Assembly: GCA_000388065.2 (NCBI GenBank) | Contig: KB932206.1 | From: Fonticula alba ATCC 38817 | Lineage: Eukaryota; Protista; Nucleariida | Reading direction: 5' to 3' (one strand) | DNA length: 9,961 nucleotides | Shown here: in pieces, positions 1-8,200 of the stretch | Layout: the number at the start of each line of letters is the position of its first letter | How positions within the stretch are numbered: position 1 is the stretch's first letter | Program-made: the position numbers and the translations under genes | The notes under the pieces: generated by a model | Databases searched by the model: none | Told to the model about the DNA's origin: nothing | Seen by the model: the letters and a program-made list of their open reading frames with translations, nothing else

Positions 1-224
1 CCCCCCCCCCCCCCCCCCAGCTCGGATCCCAGCCACACCCCCTCCCCGCGGTCGGTGAGTAGGGAGGAGTCCGTCCCGCTGGTTCCGCCCTCCCCCAGCC
101 CCCGGGCCCTCCCTGGCCGGAGCCCGGTCTCAGCCGCCTCGGGGCGGGCCTCCCCCCGTGTCGCGCCCCTTGTGGCACCCTGCCCCCCATGGGCCTCCCT
201 CTCGACGACACAGGGGCGCGAGGA

Positions 225-251
225 GGGGGGTGGGGGTGGGGGGGGCGGGGG
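225..251 (+). repeat. G-quadruplex-forming motif (G6 T G5 T G8 C G5)
   Basis: Four G runs of at least 5 separated by single-base loops. Confidence 0.7.
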
Positions 252-671
252 CCCGCGGTTCCTGGCGGAGAGCCCTTCCGGGGGACGTTTGTTTGTGTGT
301 TTCTTCCGCGGTGCCCCCGGCCGGCCCTTGCCTTCCCGCGTGGTGGTCCCGCGACCGGCAGGCCCACCGAGCCCCTTTTCCCAAGAGGCAAGCATTCCAA
401 CGACATGCGGTGGCGGTGGCGGCCGCGCTGGTGGCCGGTGCGGGGGCAGGGCCGGGGGTGGGGCGGGCGTTCTGCGCGCGCGCTGGCCGGGGGATTGGCG
501 TGCACCCTCCGTCCGCACGGGGAAAGGACTAGAAGTGCCCCCGCCGAGGCTGCGATGCTCCCCCGGCCCTCCCCCTCCCGGTGTACCGACCGGCACGGGT
601 CTTTTTGCTTGTTCCCCGGCGCGCGCATGAACGCCCGCCAGTGGCAGGCCACCATCCGGCTTCCTTGTCCG

Positions 672-696
672 CCCCCCCCCCCGGGGGGGGGGGGGG
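672..696. repeat. C11-G14 abutting homopolymer inverted repeat
   Basis: C11 directly followed by G14; can form a hairpin or cruciform. Confidence 0.75.
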
Positions 697-998
697 AGGG
701 CGCACGCCGGCCGACACCGGGGGCCGATGTGCTGTGTCCACCCTCTTCACACGCGCACGCGCACATAGGGAAGAGATACGTGTGCTCAGTGGGGGGGGAG
801 GGGGGTCAGCACCAGGCGGCGCATGATGTCGTCGGTCCGAAAACCGCGGCCGGTCCGTCCGGGGCGGTGCCGCTGGTCCATGATGTGTCTCTCTCTCTCC
901 CTAGCGGCCGCGCGTAGAGCATTGGGCGCCGGGCAGCGCGGCCGCCGCCGGTCCCCCGCCTGCCACTTGGCCGGCCGAGCGCTCCCAGGGGGGGGGGG

Positions 999-1288
999 NN
1001 NNNNNNNNNNNNNNNNNNNNNNNNNNNNNNNNNNNNNNNNNNNNNNNNNNNNNNNNNNNNNNNNNNNNNNNNNNNNNNNNNNNNNNNNNNNNNNNNNNNN
1101 NNNNNNNNNNNNNNNNNNNNNNNNNNNNNNNNNNNNNNNNNNNNNNNNNNNNNNNNNNNNNNNNNNNNNNNNNNNNNNNNNNNNNNNNNNNNNNNNNNNN
1201 NNNNNNNNNNNNNNNNNNNNNNNNNNNNNNNNNNNNNNNNNNNNNNNNNNNNNNNNNNNNNNNNNNNNNNNNNNNNNNNNNNNNNNNN
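999..1288. other. Assembly gap (290 N)
   Basis: Run of N flanked by G11 (988-998) and C10 (1289-1298). Confidence 0.99.
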
Positions 1289-2672
1289 CCCCCCCCCCTC
1301 GCGCGCGCGCGCGTCTCGCGCATGGGTAACCGGCAGCTCGCGGAGGCGTCTAGGGTGAAACTGCCAGCCCTCCCGCAAGGTTACTCGGCCGCCCTGGGCT
1401 TGTACTTCGCAGACAGCCTCCGGGATGCCGGGCAGGCAGGGCGGGATCCGCGCCCACCGGTGCGAGCCGGAGGCGTGCCGGAACGGGAACGGCGGCGGCC
1501 GGCGGCAGTTCCCGCCAGAGAGTGCCGCAGTCACACGACAGCGGCCGGTCAGATAGTGGTCTGCCCTTCCCCGGGACGCAGTTGTGAACCCGGGCACCTC
1601 CACCGACCCCCCCGGGTGTGGTGCCCACGCCCGGTCGCCCCCCCCCCCCGCCCCCGGGTGACTGGCGGGCGGTTGCAGGCCCGGGACCCGGCCTTGTATG
1701 CGCGCATGGGGGCGCGTTTATGCAGAAATACGCCCGCCCGCCCGCCCGCGCAGGTGGGCGACACCTCAGCCCTGTCTAGTGCGTGCGCGCGCGCACACAG
1801 ACACTCGGCCAGCACGGTCGCAGACCCCAGGGCTGGCGCACACGTCCAGGTGTCCCCCCCCCCCGCCCCCTCCGCCCAAGCCTGCAGGGTGAGGGCGGTT
1901 GCAGGGGAGCCGCGGGCAACGGCCGGGCAACGCATTCGCCGGTGTTCCGCGGCCCGCCGGTCCCCCGCTCAGCCGGGGCACTCCGGCCGGGGGCAAACCC
2001 GCCGGGGTGAGCAGCTTCGGCGCGGCCATACCAGCAGCCGGCGAATTCCATTCATTGCGTCTAAGAGATACCCCTTACAATGCCGCCGGGGCGCAGCCCC
2101 GGGTGCTGCTACACACACACTCAGGCTCCATAGCTTGTTTCCCCTCTCGCCCTCTCCTCCCCTCTCGCCTCCTGTCCCTCCCACGCCGGCGCTCTCCGCC
2201 TCGCCCCCCTCGCCTGTACATACCCCCGCCCCCTGCTGCATTGCACACACACACACACACTCTCCCTCTTTCTCTCCCCACCGCCGGCGGCCTCCCCTGC
2301 ATCCTTCGGCGCCTTCTGCCCCGTGGTCGCTACCCCGGCCCCCCCCCCGCCCCGAGCCCGGTGAGGGCTCTCCTTTCTCCTTGCCAGCCTTCGCTGTCCA
2401 AGCCCCACCATGGCATGACGCCACGCTTCTCGACCGCCACGTTTCCTCTCTGACCGCCCTCCTCCCCCTACTACTCCCCATCTCTCTACCTCTCTCTCCC
2501 CCTACACACACACACACACACGCCTTCCTCCCCCCCCGTCTCCCTGGCTTTATCCTTGCCGGGCTTGCGGTTCCCCGCCCCACACAGGACCCCGGCACAG
2601 GCCTCCCCTCCTCCTCCCTCCCTCCCGTTCTAGCAGCCCCCCCTCCCCGGAACTTTCCGCCTCTCGGACCCC

Positions 2673-2845
2673 GTGCGCGCCTCCCCGCCCCTTTCCATCC
2701 CTTCTTGGCACCCCTTCTCTCTCTCTCTCTCTTTCTCTCTCTCCCTCACCCCTACTGACCTGCTCCCTCTTCGGTCTTTTTTCTCTCTCTCTCGCACCAT
2801 CTCTTCTCGCCTGCTGTCGCCGGTCTGCTGCCGCGCTGCACACAG
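2673..2845 (+). other. Probable 5'UTR intron of Rap1 (173 nt); acceptor lies 7 nt before the ATG
   Basis: CACACAG acceptor ending at 2845 resembles the other Rap1 acceptors. TACTGAC branch-like motif at 2753-2759, long pyrimidine tract, and no AG from 2637 to 2843. The GTGCGC donor at 2673 gives a length within the local intron size class, but the donor is inferred. Confidence 0.45.
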
Positions 2846-2852
2846 TCTCGCC

Positions 2853-3967
2853 ATGTTGGAATATAAGATTGTCCTGCTCGGCTCCGGTGGTGTTGGCAAG
2901 TCCGCACTCACCGTGCAGTATGTGTCCGAGATTTTCGTCGATCGTGTGCGTCCCTTCCTGCACATGCCCCCCATGCTTGCCCTGGCTGCTGCTCTACACC
3001 CAGCCCAACAGTTTCTGACCTCCCCCCCTCCCCCCTCATCTCCTCGGCCAATCTTCATCCCTGGCCATGTAAACCCCGCCCTCATGCTATCACTCCCGCT
3101 CTTTGTACGCGCTCGCACGCAGTACGATCCGACGATTGAGGATTCTTACCGTAAGCAGATTGAGCTTGATGGCCAGTCCTTCATGCTTGAGATTCTCGAT
3201 ACCGCCGGCACTGTGCGTCTTCTTGTCGATTGGCGCGGCCGGCCGCCCACTCGCCCACACGCACACGCACACACCCACACGCACACACGCACACACGCAC
3301 GCACGCACACACACACACACACCCCTTCTCTCGCCTCCTCACTTCGCGTATGCGCCGTTCTTCTCACCCATTTCTCATCCTCGTTCGTACATTTCCGTAG
3401 GAGCAATTCACTGCCATGCGTGACATGTACATGCGCAACGGCCATGTACGTCTCCCCCCTGCCACACCCTCTGCCTTTCGCCCCTTCCCCCCCTCCCGCC
3501 TCTCCATCATCTTCGCCTCTTCGCTGCTCGTCCACCTTGTCGACAGCACCAGCCGGGGCAATGGCCCAACACCCCAGTGCAAAGCGCGCGCACCCCCCCC
3601 CCCCCTCCCCCTCCCTCTAACGCGCACGCACGCACACACGCAGGGCTTCATCCTGGTCTACTCGATCGTTTCTGAGGACACTTTCAAGGAGCTGAACGGT
3701 GTGCGCGCGCGCATCCTCAGTGTCAAGGACACCGAGGAGATCCCCCCGATGATTCTGGTCGGCAACAAGTGCGATCTCAATGACCAGCGTACCGTCACCA
3801 AGCAGCGCGGTATCGACCTGGCCAAGGAGTTCCAGAACATCGCCTTCCTCGAGACCTCGGCCAAGCTCCGGACCAACGTCAACGAGACCTTCGAGACCCT
3901 GGTCCGCCAGATTAACAAGGGGAACCCCCTGCTCGAGCGCCGGCGAAAGCGCTGCACCCTCTTCTAA
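2853..3967 (+). CDS. RAP1: Rap1-like Ras-family small GTPase, 4 coding exons: 2853-2945, 3123-3212, 3401-3445, 3644-3967 (183 aa)
   Basis: The spliced product is [31 protein letters not shown]|[30 protein letters not shown]|[15 protein letters not shown]|[107 protein letters not shown]. It has G1 GSGGVGKS, effector loop [10 protein letters not shown]3 DTAGTEQF (Thr61 is Rap-type; Ras has Gln61), G4 NKCD, G5 SAK, a basic residue at 31, and a polybasic tail plus CaaX box. All three introns are GT-AG, phase 0. Confidence 0.95.
2946..3122 (+). other. Rap1 intron 1 (177 nt, phase 0)
   Basis: GTGCGT donor and GCACGCAG acceptor; removal restores FVDR|YDPTIEDSY. Confidence 0.92.
3213..3400 (+). other. 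Rap1 intron 2 (188 nt, phase 0)
   Basis: GTGCGT donor and TTTCCGTAG acceptor; removal restores DTAGT|EQFTAMRD. Confidence 0.92.
3256..3322. repeat. (CA)/(CACG) alternating purine-pyrimidine microsatellite in Rap1 intron 2
   Basis: Near-continuous CACACGCAC-type tract, read directly. Confidence 0.85.
3446..3643 (+). other. Rap1 intron 3 (198 nt, phase 0)
   Basis: GTACGT donor, CTAAC branch-point match at 3617-3621 and CACGCAG acceptor; removal restores RNGH|GFILVYS. Confidence 0.92.
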
Positions 3968-4097
3968 GTGCGTGCCCACCGGCACCCTCCACGGGCGCAT
4001 GTGTGTCGGCGGCCGGACATGCGATTGGTCAATCCCTCCCCTCCCCTCCCCTTCCTCCTCCTCGCCGTCCTACGGCGGTGGCCAGTTGCACATCCTT

Positions 4098-4119
4098 CCC
4101 CCCCCCCCCCCCCCCCCCC
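4098..4119. repeat. Poly-C tract (C22) downstream of the Rap1 stop
   Basis: Direct read. Confidence 0.9.
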
Positions 4120-5211
4120 TCATACCCACAACTGGTGGTTGACTCTGGCCTTTCCGTCTGCCTCCCGCCCGCACTTTCCCCTCTCCCGCCCCCGATATAC
4201 ATACCTCCCGGGGGCGGGGACCTTAGCTTTCCCCCCACAGGCGGACGCGATATGGGCTTCGCCCCCCCCCCCGCTGCCCCGGCCGCCGCCGCCGTCGGCC
4301 CCCTCCGTCTCTCTTCCTTCCTCTCTTGGCGATGGGGAGAACATGGCCCGAGGCGGATCGGCGTGGGGGCCGGCGATCGTGGCTGGGGATGGTGACATGC
4401 GCACGTGCATATCCACCTTCCCTCTGCCCCCCCCCCTCTTCCATGGCCTCGCCTCGGTTCCTTCTTCCCTTCCCCCTCTCTCCCCTTCGTCTGGCAGTGG
4501 CAGCGCCCTGAGTCGCGCGGCGCATGCGATGCGTCCAAATTCGCTGCGCCGCCAACCACGGTCTCCTCCTCCCCGTTCTCCCCGTCTTTCCCTCTCTCCC
4601 TCTCTCTCCCCCTCTCTCCTTCTGTCCCCTTTCCCTCTAGCAGCGCGGGTTTCCCACCCTCTCTTTCCCTCCCCCTGCTGGAGGTGAAGGCAGGCGTGTT
4701 TTCGAGAGCTCCCCCCTCTCCCTTCCTTGTGCTCTCTCTATCCTCTCCTCGAGGGGAGCCCTCCCCCTCCCTTCCCTCCCCCTTCCTCCTTTCCTCCTTC
4801 TCGCTTGTGTCGGCTCTGTCACCTGCGCCTTTCCTTGCCTGGTGAGGGATGACCATCGAGAGGAGGACTGCCACAGGCAGGCAGGGCGCACCCCCCCCCC
4901 TGGATGCCGTGTGGGCCCATGCGACATCACGCATGGTGATGCAAGGCCGGAGGAGCCCACACACGCATGGCGCCCCCTCCACTCTCCCCCTCTCCTCCTC
5001 CTTCGTGCGTCGCCTCGTGTGTGCGAGAGCGCTGGCCGGTATCCTCTCACCGGGACCATCCTTCCTCTCTAGAGCTCTTCTCCCTCTCCTGCCTCCTCTC
5101 TCCCTCTCATCCGAGGGATGGATGTGGGCTTCTCTTCCTCTCCGTCCCATATGACCTCATCCGGCGAGAAGATGTGCCCCTGGCCGTGATCTGCCGGTCA
5201 GTTCCTATCCA

Positions 5212-5236
5212 CTCTCTCTCTCTCTCTCTCTCTCTC
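5212..5236. repeat. (CT)12 microsatellite
   Basis: Direct read. Confidence 0.85.
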
Positions 5237-6065
5237 GTCCCTCCACCTACCTCCCTCTCCCTCTCTTCCTCGATCTTCTCCTTCGCTCCTTCTCTGGCAT
5301 GTGGGCGTCGCGCGCCACCGTCTCACTTCAGGTTCGTCGCCTGCCCCCCCCCCCCGCCCCCTTGACTCCTCCTTCCCAACTTGCACATCCGTGTGAGAGG
5401 ATCGGAGAGCATGTCGTTTGCCCTTTCCCCTTTCGTGTCTCTGCCCTCGCACGGGGCAGACTGGCGCTCGTGTCTCCCCCTCTCTCTCCTCCCTCTACCG
5501 CTCGCTGTCCGCCTGTGCGCTAATTATGCACCCCCCTTCGCCTTTTCTCTCTCCTTCCCTTGCTCTTCCCTGTAGACGGCGATTCGCACATGTGTGCTGT
5601 GTACACACATACACACACACACACGCACGCACGCATGCATGCACGCACTCTCCAGATCCCCCCCCCCGCAACGGGTTGGATCATCTCTCCTATCTCCCCT
5701 TCCCCTCCTCTCCCCAGGCAATTGTCACCAGGGCATATCTCACAAGACAGTCCTTCTAAGATTTCCCCGCGACCCCTCCTCCTTCCCTTGGGATGCTGTG
5801 TGCTCCCATCCTGCATACGTGCGTCCACCCCCACCCCCGGACCCCCCCTCTGCTTCGGCTCCTCCCCCCCCTCCCCATATCCCGTCCTGTGTGCCTGTGT
5901 CCCATGTACACGCGCTGCTTCTTCTCTTCTCCCTCCTTCTTCCCGGAGGTGTAGGGTCTCGCTGAGGCAGACTCTTTGAGAGGGGAGGCCATACACGTGC
6001 GCACACAAGCATACGCACGTCCCCGCATCCACGCATCTACACGTGCATGCTGTTGGCTGTGTGAA

Positions 6066-6068
<3 letters not shown>

Positions 6069-6096
<28 letters not shown>
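6069..6096. repeat. (GT)14 microsatellite
   Basis: Direct read. Confidence 0.9.
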
Positions 6097-6104
<8 letters not shown>

Positions 6105-6145
6105 GCCAAATGGACATGAGGGGAGATCACCGAGCCGAGGGGCAG

Positions 6146-6349
6146 GGGGCCGCCCCACCAGTGGGTGGAGCCAGGAAAAAGAGGCCCACAGCGCGAGAGA
6201 GAGAAAAGAGGCCGACAGCCCGAGAAAGAGAGCAAAAGAAGGTCCGAGAGTGTGGCAGAGGGAGAAGTGCGCATCGGAAAAGAGGCCAGGGAAGAAGGGC
6301 GCTCGCCTCCGTGTGTTCCTTGAGCAACGGCGGTGTGTGTGGCACAGGG
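6146..6349 (+). CDS. Candidate internal coding exon of an unrecognised gene (Lys/Arg/Glu-rich, KRPTARERE x2)
   Basis: Purine-rich block inside a pyrimidine-rich region, flanked by CAG| and |GTGAGG. It is open for 68 codons, and the 27-nt duplication inside it differs only at synonymous third positions. Boundaries are uncertain. Confidence 0.3.
6179..6232 (+). repeat. 27-nt tandem duplication (2 copies, 23/27 identical)
   Basis: aagaggcccacagcgcgagagagagaa versus aagaggccgacagcccgagaaagagag. Confidence 0.85.
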
Positions 6350-7068
6350 GTGAGGCATGCGTGCGTGCGCGCGCACACACATACACATGCGCGCGCACCT
6401 CCTCCCTCCTCTGCCTTATCCTCCCCCCCCCCCTCCCTCCCCTCCCCCCACATCATCTCTCCCCTTCCTCAGCCTTCCCTCTCCTTTTTGCCCCCCCGGT
6501 CACGCGGCGGCTTTCTTGTATCATTCCTTTATTTTCTCATCTCTCTCCAACAAAAGATTCTTCCATACACACCTGGTTTTTCCATCACCTTCTCATGTCG
6601 CTCCCCAACCGGCGCGCCGCACCCCCCTCTCCAGGGCGTGCATGGCTGTGTGTGTGTGTGTCTCTCTCTCTCTCTCCCTCTCTCTGTGTAAATACCTGTC
6701 TGCGTTCTGCATGGGGGACCAGCACTCGCTAGACGCCGCGGCGCGTGGGCATGGCGGCGGAGCATACCCGAATGCTGGCATGCCTTCTTCCGCACCCCTG
6801 ATGATCGGCACTAGTGGGGGCAGCATTTCGGGGGAGGGCCGCTCGGGAGCCGCCCTTCCTACCGAGGGGCAACACCCGGCCAAGGCTAGGCCACCGAAAT
6901 CGCCACTCGCAGGGGGCCCCACCTCCCGCCGCCAGATGCGCAAGGGGGGGGATTCCCCCAGGCATGCCCGCCCTGCTGCGTGGGGGGTGTCCGTCGCCAC
7001 GTTTTGTCATCCCTGAAGGGAGGCCTCTCGGAGCCCGGCCGGAGTGTGTGAGGGCCATGTGTGTGCGC

Positions 7069-7082
<14 letters not shown>

Positions 7083-7099
<17 letters not shown>

Positions 7100-7100
7100 G
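7083..7100. repeat. Poly-G tract (G18)
   Basis: Direct read. Confidence 0.9.
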
Positions 7101-7205
7101 TTTGGCAGGCACTTCGCTTGTGGAAGCAGGTACACGCCAGAGAGGCAGCCCGGCGGGGAGGCGGCCCCATGTCGCTGGGTCGGGTCCTGGAGCAAAAATA
7201 TGAGA

Positions 7206-7211
7206 AATAAA
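7206..7211 (+). promoter_or_regulatory. Possible polyadenylation signal AATAAA in a short A-rich island
   Basis: The only AATAAA I noticed in the window, about 190 nt after a stop at 7016. Whether this organism uses AATAAA is unknown. Confidence 0.2.
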
Positions 7212-8133
7212 ACAACGACAAGAAAGGCGCCACCCTCTGGCCATCGGGGGGCAGCCGGCCGGCTGGCTGGCTGGCTGGCCGGATGAGTCAGCTCGCTCTG
7301 GCATCAGGGGGGGGGGGAAGGAATGGAAGAACGCTGGCGGGCGAAAAGGGACGAGAGCCCGGGTCCCGTGCTCATCCGGGGAGCTTCCTCGACCACATGA
7401 GACTCACGGGACGACCACGTTATACAAACAATCTCCCGATCTCCGGACAACAAGTCTTCCTCTCAACAGCCTCGGCGCACGCGTTCCCCCCCCCCCCCCC
7501 GGGGGCCGAGTGTGAGAGAACGCCTGCTGGGACAAGCCGCTCGCCGGGCTGCCGCCGCCGGGAGGGAGCAAGGACCAACGCCGGAGAAGATGCGCCTCCA
7601 CAAGCGAGCATCAAGCGCCTGTGAATGTAGGCGGAGGGGCCGGCAATGTTAAAGGACCCCGAGGGCCATTTTAGGGCTTCCGGGTGCCGCGAGCCTCCCC
7701 TGCGAATTTGCAGGTCCTGACCCGGAAGGAAAGGTGTTATCGAGGGGCTCCTGGAGCTGCCGGCGGTTGCCCATTCAACCCGCGGACCTGGGCCCCCTGT
7801 GCAGGAATGCCCCCGCTTCCCCTGGGCGCCCTCCGGCCAGTGCGTCCTCGCACGTTGTTTCCCCCCTGCCCCCCTCGCGTCGATCCCGGGAGATGTGCGA
7901 CTCTAGCCCTGTGGGCCTCGGCTTGGGCCTGATTGATGGGGGTGGCCCAGTCCGGTGTGGGGAGTGTGAGATCTCGCCAGGAGGAGGCCCCGGGGGCCTG
8001 TTTTTTGTCCGGGCCCCGAGCCAGGATGACTGCCGGCGTGCTTTACGCCTTCCCACCAGCACCTCCGACAGTCGCCTCGCCCTCGCCCGCCTCGCCGCTC
8101 CCTCGTCCCCCTTTCCTGTTCGCCTACCTCCTC

Positions 8134-8160
8134 GCCGCCGCCGCCGCCGCCGCCGCCGCC
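8134..8160. repeat. (GCC)9 trinucleotide repeat 40 nt upstream of the first in-frame dynamin ATG
   Basis: Nine perfect copies; probably in the 5'UTR or promoter. Confidence 0.85.
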
Positions 8161-8200
8161 CCCTCCCCTCGCCACCGGCCGACCGGCGTCCCTGTCGCCC

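Noticed and set aside
1332-1365. Hammerhead-like layout (GGCAG...GAAA-CTGCC)
   Set aside because: The CUGANGA core and stem II are absent, and the U of the UH cleavage site is replaced by C.
1324-1440. HDV-like ribozyme mapping (P1 followed by GG, UCCCGC loop)
   Set aside because: P3 would be only 2 bp, P2 is mismatched, and there is no J4/2 strand with the catalytic C followed by A.
1351-1520. Fragments resembling FMN or cobalamin riboswitch, SRP helix 8 and tRNA T-loop (AGGGTGAAA, CCGGTGCGAGCCGG, TTCCCGCCA)
   Set aside because: Short isolated matches with wrong spacing and missing partner motifs.
2410-2453. Tiny uORFs (ATG GCA TGA and an overlapping 12-codon ORF) upstream of Rap1
   Set aside because: The TSS is unknown, so they cannot be placed in the transcript, and such uORFs are expected by chance.
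1322-2758. 478-aa + strand ORF
   Set aside because: No recognisable domain. The distal two-thirds translate C/CT/CA tracts (PPP, HTHT, LSLS), and long stop-free frames are expected at this GC content.
2673-3620. 315-aa ORF taken as one unspliced Ras-like protein
   Set aside because: It is read-through of Rap1 exons 1-2 plus introns and goes out of frame at exon 3. The spliced model restores all G motifs.
4029-5150. 373-aa minus-strand Arg/Glu/Gly-rich ORF
   Set aside because: Antisense shadow of CT-rich tracts, with no family motifs.
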